From contig JABCSY010000097.1 of the NCBI GenBank assembly GCA_018238625.1, positions 1 through 15,700 of the forward strand: DNA of 15,700 nt, in the 5' to 3' direction. Under the pieces are notes generated by a model. That model made no database searches and was not told the DNA's origin. It worked only from the letters and a program-made list of their open reading frames with translations. The stretch comes from Promethearchaeota archaeon (GTDB lineage: Archaea; Asgardarchaeota; Lokiarchaeia; Sigyniarchaeales; SOKP01). How positions within the stretch are numbered: the first letter of the stretch is position 1; each line of letters begins with the position of its first letter. Below are positions 7,645 to 15,700 of the stretch, one piece after another. The translations under genes were made by a program, and so were the position numbers.

Positions 7645-10600
7645 ATGCCAAATAGTAATATAATGGTAATTGGTGCTGGAATTTCGGGAATTGAAGCCAG
7701 CCTTACTCTGGGTGAGCAAGGTTATAAAGTAATTCTAGTCGAAAAAACATCCTCGGTTGGTGGACGTATGGCTCAGCTTGATAAAACATTTCCAACCTTA
7801 GATTGTTCGATTTGTATTTTAGCACCAAAAATGGTGGAAGTAGCTAGACATCCTAACGTAGAACTTCTCATGTATTCAGAAGTTCAAGAAATATCTGGCG
7901 AAGCAGGTAATTTTAAAGCAAAGGTCGTTAAGAAAGCGCGATATGTTGATTGGGATAAATGTACAGGTTGCGGCGCTTGTATGGAAAAGTGTCCCATGAA
8001 AAAGATTCCGAGCGAGTTCGAAGAAGAAATGGGAAACCGCACAGCAATATATATACCTTTTCCACAAGCCGTACCAAGAAAGGCAGTGATTGATGCTGAA
8101 AATTGCCTATATATAACGAAAGAAGCGTGCCAATTATGCGAAAAAGAGTGTGAAGCTGGGGCTATTACTTGGGATATGAAAGACGAAGTAGTTGAGTATG
8201 ATGTGGCATCAATAATAGTTGCTACAGGAATAGACCTATTGGATCCAACACCGATAGTTAGATATCATTACGGAGAGTATCCTAATGTTATTACAGCAAT
8301 GCAGTATGAACGTTTATTAAGCGCATCTGGTCCTACTGAAGGACAATTGCTTAGACCCTCAGATAAAAAACATGCCCACGAAATTGGTTTTATTGGGTGC
8401 GTTGGTTCTCGAAATGAGGATTTCTGTGCTTATTGTTCGAAATTCTGTTGCATGTATATGGCCAAAGAAGGGGTTGTCACTCGAGAACACGCTCCAGACA
8501 CAAATGTGACGATATTTTTCAACGATACTCGTGTAATCGGAAAAAATCAAGAAGAATTCATTGAAAGAGCAAAAGACGAATACAAACTGATTTATTATCG
8601 CGGCATTCCCGGTGATATTCGAGAAGATCCCAAAAATCATAACCTTTTTGTAAAACACGCGAACCTAGATACGGGAGACGTTGAAACTAGTGAATTTGAT
8701 TTAGTTGTGTTGGCCAACGCAGTTATCCCCCGTAAAGGAACCGAAAAACTTGCTGAAATGTTGAGTATTGAAACAAACGAATTAGGGTTCTTTAAAACAA
8801 AAAACTCGACCGAAGATCTAAGGTCTACTCGGGATGGGATTTTTGTAACAGGTTCTTGTCAATCTCCTGACGATATAGCTAATTCAGTGGCGAAAGCTGG
8901 AGGGGCTGCGTCTTTAGCAGCTTTACATGCCGTTCCTTTAAGTCCTGAAGAATTAGAGGTTATTTTACCTCCCCTGAAAGTAGTAAATCCCAGAGACGAA
9001 CCTAGAATAGGAGTATTTGTTTGTAAGTGTGGGGTAAATATAGGGGGATACATGGACGTTCCGGCGCTTGTTGAGTATTCCAAAACGCTTCCAAATGTAG
9101 TTTTCTCGATGGACAATAAATATAGTTGTTCAAGCCTCACACAAGACATTATTAAGGAAAAGATTGTGGAATTAGACTTAAACCGAGTCGTAGTTGCTGC
9201 GTGCACGCCAAGAACTCACGAACCATTATTTCAAAAAACTATTCGAGAAGCAGGACTAAACGAATATTTATTTTCTTTCGTAAGTATTCGAGAATTAGAT
9301 TCTTGGGTTCATATGAAGGAATATGAAAAGGCGACGGATAAAGGAAAAGATCTAATAAGAATGGGCGTAGCGCGTGTACGATTTCAAAAATCAGAAATTA
9401 GAATAAAGGGAAGCGTCGTCCCAGAAGCGTTAATAATCGGTGGAGGTATCGCTGGAATGTCTGCTGCTATGGAAATTGCCAAAAAAGGTTTTAAAGTACA
9501 CCTTGTAGAGAAAGATGATAAATTAGGTGGGCAATTAAACCTTATTTATAAAATCAATTTCGATAGAATTGACTCAAAACAGTTTTTAGAAGAGAAACTT
9601 AAAGAATTTAATGGGTTAAAAAATGTCACGGCTTACTTAAATTCAGAAGTTGCAGAAGTTAAGGGTTCAATAGGTGATTTTAACATCAAAGTTAAAAATT
9701 TGACTGATGAGAAAAGCACGGATTTAAATGTTGGAATAATAATCGCTGCTACTGGCGCTTACGAATATAAACCAAAAGGTTGGTACCATTACGGGGAAGA
9801 CGAGAGAATAATGACTCAACTAGAACTATCTCAAAAGTTAAGAGACGATGAACTAAAGGATGGCGAGACTTTCGTCTTTATCCACTGCGTTGCTTCGCGA
9901 CAACCTGAGGGTGGTAATGGAGTTACGTACTGTTCCTTAATATGTTGTTCTGAATCTATAAGACACGCTTTGTACGTAAAAGAAAATTACCCTAATTCGC
10001 AAATCTATGTTCTTTATAGAGATATACGCGTAGGAACTGATGAAGAACAATATTACTGGAAAGCTCGTGAAAATATCAACTACATTCGATTTAACGATTA
10101 CCCCGAAGTTGATCTCGTTAATGGAAAAATTAATGTCAAGGTTAACGATATTTTAACTCAAATAAATCTTAACATCGAAGCCGACAAGGTAGTCCTGTCA
10201 ACGCCTTTAGTACCTTATGATACTAAAAAACTTGGAGAATTCATAAAGTGCGCCAGAGACCAAAATGGGTTCTTTTTAGAAGCTCACGTTAAATTAAGAC
10301 CTGTCGATTTTGCGACTGATGGAATATACTTAGCTGGGACGGCTCACGGCCCAAAAGGTATTGCTGATTCAATATCTCAGGGAAGAGCTGCTGCGGCTCA
10401 CGCGCTAATCCCGTTAATCTCTGGAGAAGTAGAAAACGAACCACTGGTTTCAGTTGTCAATCCGGCGTTATGTATAGCCTGTCAAAAATGCGAGGAGGTA
10501 TGTAACTTCGGAGCTATTGGAGTCAATTTCGATAATGAAGTGTTGGTTTCAGAGTCTAATCCTTTATTGTGTAAAGGGTGTGGAGATTGTTCGGCAGAGT

Positions 10601-11130
10601 GCCCTGCAGGGGCAATTACCATGCAACATTTTGCTGACGATCAAATATACCCAATGATTACAGAAGCAGTCAAAGGAGCTTATATAGACGAAAGACCTAG
10701 GATTGTAGCTTTCTTATGCAACTGGTGCAGTTATGCGGGAGCAGATACTTGTGGCGTAAGTAGATTTCAATACCCCCCTAATATTAGACCTATTAGAGTT
10801 ATGTGTACTGGAAGAATTCCGAAGAGTTTCGTATTACAAGCGTTTTTGGAAGGTGCTGATGGAGTGATTATTGGTGGATGCCACATTGGAGATTGTCACT
10901 ATATAGAAGGTAACTACGACATGTTAAGACGTTATAACGAGATTGAAGAAACGCTAGAAAGCGTAGGAATTAATCCCGAACGTTACCGCCTTGAATGGAT
11001 ATCAGCCAGCGAAGGCAAACGGTTCTCTCAAGTTATTACCGAATTCGTTAATAAAATAAAAGAACTTGGACCACTAAGTAGAACAGGCGACAAAATAAAA
11101 AAAAAAGAAAAAGTTAAGGAGGGTGCTTAA
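7645..11130 (+). CDS. hdrA: Large heterodisulfide reductase subunit A-like flavoprotein: two HdrA FAD modules fused to a C-terminal MvhD [2Fe-2S] domain
   Basis: Module 1: GAGISG, DKTFPTLDCSICIL, inserted 2x[4Fe-4S] (CTGCGAC..CP; C..CQLCEKEC), CVGSR..YCSKFCC. Module 2: IGVFVCKCG..ACTPRTHEPLF, GGGIAG, CVASR..YCSLICC, C-terminal ferredoxin (CIACQKCEEVC, CKGCGDCSAEC). MvhD: FLCNWCSYAGAD, RVMCTGR, GGCHIGDCHY, WISASEG. Confidence 0.95.
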   Translation: MPNSNIMVIGAGISGIEASLTLGEQGYKVILVEKTSSVGGRMAQLDKTFPTLDCSICILAPKMVEVARHPNVELLMYSEVQEISGEAGNFKAKVVKKARYVDWDKCTGCGACMEKCPMKKIPSEFEEEMGNRTAIYIPFPQAVPRKAVIDAENCLYITKEACQLCEKECEAGAITWDMKDEVVEYDVASIIVATGIDLLDPTPIVRYHYGEYPNVITAMQYERLLSASGPTEGQLLRPSDKKHAHEIGFIGCVGSRNEDFCAYCSKFCCMYMAKEGVVTREHAPDTNVTIFFNDTRVIGKNQEEFIERAKDEYKLIYYRGIPGDIREDPKNHNLFVKHANLDTGDVETSEFDLVVLANAVIPRKGTEKLAEMLSIETNELGFFKTKNSTEDLRSTRDGIFVTGSCQSPDDIANSVAKAGGAASLAALHAVPLSPEELEVILPPLKVVNPRDEPRIGVFVCKCGVNIGGYMDVPALVEYSKTLPNVVFSMDNKYSCSSLTQDIIKEKIVELDLNRVVVAACTPRTHEPLFQKTIREAGLNEYLFSFVSIRELDSWVHMKEYEKATDKGKDLIRMGVARVRFQKSEIRIKGSVVPEALIIGGGIAGMSAAMEIAKKGFKVHLVEKDDKLGGQLNLIYKINFDRIDSKQFLEEKLKEFNGLKNVTAYLNSEVAEVKGSIGDFNIKVKNLTDEKSTDLNVGIIIAATGAYEYKPKGWYHYGEDERIMTQLELSQKLRDDELKDGETFVFIHCVASRQPEGGNGVTYCSLICCSESIRHALYVKENYPNSQIYVLYRDIRVGTDEEQYYWKARENINYIRFNDYPEVDLVNGKINVKVNDILTQINLNIEADKVVLSTPLVPYDTKKLGEFIKCARDQNGFFLEAHVKLRPVDFATDGIYLAGTAHGPKGIADSISQGRAAAAHALIPLISGEVENEPLVSVVNPALCIACQKCEEVCNFGAIGVNFDNEVLVSESNPLLCKGCGDCSAECPAGAITMQHFADDQIYPMITEAVKGAYIDERPRIVAFLCNWCSYAGADTCGVSRFQYPPNIRPIRVMCTGRIPKSFVLQAFLEGADGVIIGGCHIGDCHYIEGNYDMLRRYNEIEETLESVGINPERYRLEWISASEGKRFSQVITEFVNKIKELGPLSRTGDKIKKKEKVKEGA

Positions 11131-11133
11131 AAA

Positions 11134-11670
11134 ATGTCTGATAAAGTCGTAAAACAATCTAAAGATTTAGATAACAATTTTAGGTACGAAATTAGCGAAA
11201 AAGTGGGGGCAAAATCTTTATTGAAGTGTATTCAATGTGGAGTATGTAGCTCTGGTTGCACGGTAACGGAATATGTTGATTTACAACCTCACAGAGTTGT
11301 TGCTTCATGCCTTCTAGGATTAAGAGAAGAAGTTTTATCGAGCAACGCTATATGGACGTGCTCATTATGCCATCGGTGTACAGAAAGATGTCCAAAGAAC
11401 GTAGATTATTCGTTTATCTTAGCGCTTCTAAGAAACATGGCAGTGGAAGAAGGAAACGTGCCGATAGAATATTCTGCTACGATAAATACGATTTATAACA
11501 ATGGATTTGTAGTACCTTATACGGGTGGAATGAAAACTACTATAGACAGAAGAAGAAACAAAATGGATTTACCAGAAATCGTAGGTCCTAACTTAGATGA
11601 GATTCAATTCATAATTAGAGAGACTGGACTAGGAAACTTAATTAAAAAATCAGAGGAGGATGAAAAATAA
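11134..11670 (+). CDS. hdrC: Heterodisulfide reductase subunit C (2x[4Fe-4S])
   Basis: CIQCGVCSSGC and IWTCSLCHRCTERCP; lies between hdrA and hdrB; SD-like AAGGAGGGTG at 11116-11125. Confidence 0.93.
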   Translation: MSDKVVKQSKDLDNNFRYEISEKVGAKSLLKCIQCGVCSSGCTVTEYVDLQPHRVVASCLLGLREEVLSSNAIWTCSLCHRCTERCPKNVDYSFILALLRNMAVEEGNVPIEYSATINTIYNNGFVVPYTGGMKTTIDRRRNKMDLPEIVGPNLDEIQFIIRETGLGNLIKKSEEDEK

Positions 11671-12551
11671 TGGAATATGCGTTGTATTTAGGGTGTACGA
11701 TCCCTTTGAAAATGCCACACTTTGAAAAAGCCTTTCGAGAAATCTCTAAAATATTAGAAATAAAGTATAAGGAGATGGAGGGAGCGGGTTGTTGCCCCGA
11801 TCCTGTAGCAACTCAATCGCTCAATATTGATACTTGGCTAACATTAGGAGCTAGAAATCTAGCTATTGCCGAAAAACTTGGATTAGACATAATGACCGTG
11901 TGTTCTGGATGCTACGAGACCTTAAAAACGGTCCATGTTTTATTAGAAGAAGACAAGGCAGCATTTAAGAGAGTAAACGCCATTCTAAAAAAGCTAGGCA
12001 TCGAATATAAGGGGACTTCAAAAGTTCTTCATTTCGCGGAATTGTTTAGTCAAGATGAGATGCTTGAGAAGATTAAAAGTAAAGTTGTTAAACCGTTAGA
12101 TAGTTTAAACATTGCTTCGCATTATGGTTGTCATTTAATACGACCTTCAAAAATAATGCAATTTGACGATCCCGAACGACCTGAGAGTATGGATAAAATT
12201 CTAAGAGCTATAGGAGCTTCGCCCGTAGAATTTGCAGCTAAACTCGAATGCTGTGGATTCTGCGCTAGATTACAAGAAGAAATCGGAATGGATTTAGTCG
12301 AAGCGAAAATGACAGACTTAAAAAATCTCGACAAAGAAGTAGATGGAATGATTGCCGTTTGTCCCGCTTGTGCTACACAATACGATAGAAAAGAAAAATT
12401 GATCTCCAGAAAAAGTGAGAAAGAACTCGATATTCCAATTCTATATCTAGCAGAATTAATGGCAATCGCTTTTGGAGTCGATACAGCAAAGTTATCTTTG
12501 AAACAACGAAGCGTAAAACCAACGAAATTAATGGAAAAATTAAAAATATAA
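11670..12551 (+). CDS. hdrB: Heterodisulfide reductase subunit B (two CCG domains)
   Basis: YLGC..GCCPDP..VCSGCY and HYGCH..ECCG..VCPAC motifs; TAATG stop/start overlap with hdrC; SD-like GAGGAGGA at 11653-11660. Confidence 0.95.
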   Translation: MEYALYLGCTIPLKMPHFEKAFREISKILEIKYKEMEGAGCCPDPVATQSLNIDTWLTLGARNLAIAEKLGLDIMTVCSGCYETLKTVHVLLEEDKAAFKRVNAILKKLGIEYKGTSKVLHFAELFSQDEMLEKIKSKVVKPLDSLNIASHYGCHLIRPSKIMQFDDPERPESMDKILRAIGASPVEFAAKLECCGFCARLQEEIGMDLVEAKMTDLKNLDKEVDGMIAVCPACATQYDRKEKLISRKSEKELDIPILYLAELMAIAFGVDTAKLSLKQRSVKPTKLMEKLKI

Positions 12552-12635
12552 CAATAAAATTTTTTTTACGATTTAAACAAAATAATAAAAATCTAATAAA
12601 ATCTGAAAAAACAAGAATAAAAAAGCGTGTATGAT

Positions 12636-13331
12636 ATGATAGTTACACAACTAAAAGACATAAACGAAATTTATGAAATGATTAAGGGCTATAACAAGAT
12701 ATTAATAGTTGGATGCGATGGTTGCTGTCAACCACCTCGATCTATAAATGAAGCAAAAGTTCTTGGACAACTTTTAGAATTGAAAGCTCGAACTGAAAGT
12801 AAGGAGTTAAAATGGAAAGCAATAACGGTATTAAGACAGTGTGACGATAGAATCGCAGCAACAACAGTGAGACCTTACATCGACGACTACGAAGCTATAG
12901 TCTCTCTTGCTTGTGGGCTTGGAGTCGTAATGTTGAATAAAGTTCTTCCCAGTAAGCTAACTTTCCCCGCCCAAGATAGCATGTTTGGAGGCGTACAAAA
13001 CAGTGGTGAGAATAATTTCATCGAATACTGTGAGGAGTGCGGAGATTGTATAATTGGAGAGACGGGAGGATTATGTCCCCGAGCGGGATGTGCTAAACAT
13101 TTAAGTAACGGCCCCTGTGGGGGAATGGTAGATGGAATGTGTGAAGTAGGTGGTTATACGCTTCCTTGCGCGTGGGTGCGCATTTGGGAAAGGTTAAAAG
13201 AATTTAATAGACTAGATCTCTTTAAAAAATATAGACCTCCAAGGGACTTTCGCACTTCTACCAGTCCTGGATACTTAGTTATCAATAAAGAGTATACTAA
13301 CGAAGAAGAAAAAAAGGAGGTAGAAAGTTAA
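12636..13331 (+). CDS. metV: Methylene-tetrahydrofolate reductase small Fe-S/Zn subunit (MetV, MTHFR_C domain)
   Basis: IVGCDGC, RQCD, LACGLG, CEECGDC..TGGLCP..CAK.LSNGPCGG..G.CEV..CAW. The ATG at 12636 (MIVTQ) is preferred over the GTG at 12627. Confidence 0.9.
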   Translation: MIVTQLKDINEIYEMIKGYNKILIVGCDGCCQPPRSINEAKVLGQLLELKARTESKELKWKAITVLRQCDDRIAATTVRPYIDDYEAIVSLACGLGVVMLNKVLPSKLTFPAQDSMFGGVQNSGENNFIEYCEECGDCIIGETGGLCPRAGCAKHLSNGPCGGMVDGMCEVGGYTLPCAWVRIWERLKEFNRLDLFKKYRPPRDFRTSTSPGYLVINKEYTNEEEKKEVES

Positions 13332-14294
13332 ATGGCAAAAAGAAAGGCTTATAGTCAATTATGCAAAGCGATCGAAGCGGGCCATTTTGTTTTCACAGGC
13401 GAATTAGAGCCAAAGAAAATTCTGGATCTTAGCGAGATTATCCATTCCGCAAAGGAAATGAAAAAAACTAAAAGAATCGTAGCAGCAAATGTAACGGACG
13501 GTCCACAAGGCGATGCCTACATGGCATCATTGGTTCCAAGCTATAAAATCCAAGAAGAAGCGGGAATTGAAGCGGTATGGCAAGTCACAGTTAGAGATCG
13601 AAATCGAGTAGCGCTTTTTGGGGACGTGGTAGCTGGCGCAGTTTTGGGGTTGAAGAACATTCTAACTCTAACGGGAGACCATACAGCTCTTGGAGACCAC
13701 AAAAAGGCTCGCGCAGTTTATGACATTGATAGCACACAGTTCTGCGAAATGCTTTCTATTATGATTGATGAGGGAACTGACTACGAAGGAAACGAATTAA
13801 AGGGAGGCAAAATAGAAATGAATTTTGGTTGCGTTGCTAACCCTAACAGTAACCCTCGCGAACCTGAAATCCTTAAGGTTGGTCGTAAAGTAGATCGTGG
13901 TGTTGATTTTATCCAAACACAAACAGCGTTTGATATTGACGACGCAAAAGACTTCCTAAAAGATCTAGAACGATACAATGTTCCAGTACTTCTTGGGCTC
14001 TTTCCATTAAAAAGCCACGGAATCGCCTGGTATTTCGATAACTATATCCCTGGAGTTAGCGTCCCAAAAGACCTTTTGAAAGCTCTTAAAAAAGCAGAAA
14101 AGGATAATAAAGGAAACAAACCTGGCAAATATGCAGCTATTGATAAGATAAACATTGAATTTTTCAAGCCTTTTATTGCTGAGATCAAGAAATCTACTAA
14201 AGCAGCAGGCATTCATTGTATGGCAGTTGAATACGAAAGACTTTTCGCTCCATTACTAGGAGAATACCCCGAATATGTAAAATATTCAATGTAA
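13332..14294 (+). CDS. metF: 5,10-methylenetetrahydrofolate reductase catalytic subunit
   Basis: FVFTGELEP (catalytic Glu), AANVTD, QVTVRDRNRVAL, LTLTGDH, VANP, FIQTQ and GIHCMA; abuts the metV stop; SD AAGGAGGT at 13314-13321. Confidence 0.93.
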   Translation: MAKRKAYSQLCKAIEAGHFVFTGELEPKKILDLSEIIHSAKEMKKTKRIVAANVTDGPQGDAYMASLVPSYKIQEEAGIEAVWQVTVRDRNRVALFGDVVAGAVLGLKNILTLTGDHTALGDHKKARAVYDIDSTQFCEMLSIMIDEGTDYEGNELKGGKIEMNFGCVANPNSNPREPEILKVGRKVDRGVDFIQTQTAFDIDDAKDFLKDLERYNVPVLLGLFPLKSHGIAWYFDNYIPGVSVPKDLLKALKKAEKDNKGNKPGKYAAIDKINIEFFKPFIAEIKKSTKAAGIHCMAVEYERLFAPLLGEYPEYVKYSM

Positions 14295-14379
14295 AACTAA
14301 AAATATAATTTTTTAAAATTTTAATTAAAATTTTTTTTATTCATTTGTAAACAAAAAAAAACTATAGGAAAGAATAGAA

Positions 14380-14841
14380 ATGAAAAACCTAGATGAGAAA
14401 GATAAACGCATTTTAGAAATGCTTATCGAAGATTCACGGCGTCCTTATCGAGAAATTGCCGAAGAGGTTGGCTTATCCGAATCAACGGTAAGAAAACGCG
14501 TTATTAAATTACAAAACGAAAAAGTTATCGAAAAATTTACGATTCGAATATGTAGAGATGACGAGAGATGTATAATTGCTTTTTTAACGGTAATTCCCAA
14601 TAACGAATCGGAAATTAAAGAATTGATAAGAGAAACGCAGATTATCCCTCAGTGTGAGGAGGTTTATTTTCTCGCAGGCCAATGTGGCGTTTTAATAAAG
14701 GTTAACGTTCCAGAGATTAGCGAATTAGATGCGCTTGTTGAAAATTTTCGAGGGCGTAACGATGTAAAGAGCGTAGAAAGAATTTGTGTGGTTTTAAAGC
14801 CGATAAAGACGACCAATCGCGACGAGCGGTTACCTATTTAA
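14380..14841 (+). CDS. Lrp/AsnC family transcriptional regulator
   Basis: HTH LDEKDKRILEMLIEDSRRPYREIAEEVGLSESTVRKRVIKL and RAM domain EEVYFLAGQC; 153 aa. Confidence 0.93.
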   Translation: MKNLDEKDKRILEMLIEDSRRPYREIAEEVGLSESTVRKRVIKLQNEKVIEKFTIRICRDDERCIIAFLTVIPNNESEIKELIRETQIIPQCEEVYFLAGQCGVLIKVNVPEISELDALVENFRGRNDVKSVERICVVLKPIKTTNRDERLPI

Positions 14842-14879
14842 AGAGATCTTTTACATCAAATTACTTTTTTGACTAACGT

Positions 14880-15700
14880 TTAACTTTTGTAATAAATTTT
14901 TCCGCTTTTTTCAGATTTTTGCACAATTCCTTGATATTCAAGGTAAAATAGATGCCCTAATACTTCACTTAAAGCCATAAATGAATTCATTTCGTCTAAA
15001 TCCGTTCCAAAATGAATCTGAGAAATCATGAATGGCGTCATGGGCTTGTTTTTAATTAATCTCGAAATTTCAGATAACCTTTTCTCGTGGTGTTTCTTTA
15101 TCTCTAAAATTCGCTCGTGCGAATTATATATAATATCTTGATGAGCAGGAAAAATTATCTTTGAATTTAACTTATCTATTCGTTTTAGCGAGTTTAGATA
15201 ATGTTCTAAAATGTTGTTGAAGTTGTACTTCTCGTATTCTTCCTTAAGAGAATTAGGAATCAGGAAATTCCCGATATGTGGAGTGATTCTTGAAAGTATA
15301 TGATCTCCAGAGAAGAGATATTTCTTTTTTGTATTGAAGATACAGGTGTGACCAAAACTATGACCTGGCGTCCAAATTATTTCTAAATCGTCCAAAAGTC
15401 TATCGTTATCGCGTACAATTACGTCTGGTTTTTGGTAACGCAGAAGTTTCGGCCAAAATGTGAAAAATTGAACCACTCTTTTCCCTTGTTCTTCGTCAAT
15501 TCCATATTTTATCATCAGATCTGCAGCTTTTCTAGCTTCGGTTTTTATCTCTTCCATAGTTGAATCGTTTGTTTCCCATCTCAAAATTTTATGTGTTATA
15601 TCGTTCATTACGACTTTCAAGTTTGGATTTTTGCGTTTAAGAGTTTTTACTAATCCTATGTGATCCAAATGAATATGTGTTATAAAACAATAATCAATAT
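14880..15700 (-). CDS. Metallo-beta-lactamase-fold hydrolase (5' partial, extends past the window edge)
   Basis: The frame stays open upstream of the track start and reads IDYCFITHIHLDHIG (HxHxDH). It also has TPGHSFGH, FSGDHIL and FPAH, plus a C-terminal wHTH-like tail (ALSEVLGHLFYLEYQG). Confidence 0.92.
   Translation of the reverse strand, partial: IDYCFITHIHLDHIGLVKTLKRKNPNLKVVMNDITHKILRWETNDSTMEEIKTEARKAADLMIKYGIDEEQGKRVVQFFTFWPKLLRYQKPDVIVRDNDRLLDDLEIIWTPGHSFGHTCIFNTKKKYLFSGDHILSRITPHIGNFLIPNSLKEEYEKYNFNNILEHYLNSLKRIDKLNSKIIFPAHQDIIYNSHERILEIKKHHEKRLSEISRLIKNKPMTPFMISQIHFGTDLDEMNSFMALSEVLGHLFYLEYQGIVQKSEKSGKIYYKS

Noticed and set aside
7876-9206. Minus-strand ORFs inside hdrA (7876-8067, 8359-8658, 8859-9206)
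   Set aside because: Antisense shadows of a strongly supported CDS.
12583-12604. Short duplication TAATAAAAATC/TAATAAAATC before metV
   Set aside because: Low-complexity A-rich sequence expected by chance.
11307-14216. Small ORFs 11307-11498, 12131-12334, 13781-13978 and 14007-14216
   Set aside because: They overlap hdrC, hdrB or metF in other frames or strands and have no independent support.
15666-15668. TTG start given for the MBL hydrolase
   Set aside because: It falls inside the HxHxDH motif and the frame is open to the window edge, so the gene is truncated by the window and is not a pseudogene.

Overview
AT-rich archaeal chromosomal segment. An Asgard/Lokiarchaeia-like origin is inferred, not proven, from the archaeal-type TrpRS, group II chaperonin, GTP-PEPCK, a small Ras-superfamily-like GTPase and the low GC content. 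The left half holds housekeeping genes: trpS, msrB, an Lrp/AsnC regulator, a divergent thermosome subunit, pckG and a small GTPase with a probable C-terminal winged-helix domain. The right half holds the main point of interest, a co-oriented cluster of hdrA-hdrA'-mvhD (one 1161-aa fusion), hdrC, hdrB, metV and metF, followed by a second Lrp/AsnC gene. This is the gene set of the putative electron-bifurcating methylene-THF reductase complex of acetogenic bacteria (Moorella/Sporomusa type), here in an archaeal context, with MvhD fused and two non-equivalent flavin sites. Non-coding signals include a 34-bp-period tandem repeat with Lrp-box-like sites upstream of the first lrp, and a structured element of about 80 nt carrying a box D/box C (K-loop-like) motif upstream of the hdr cluster. 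No CRISPR, tRNA, rRNA or mobile element was seen.
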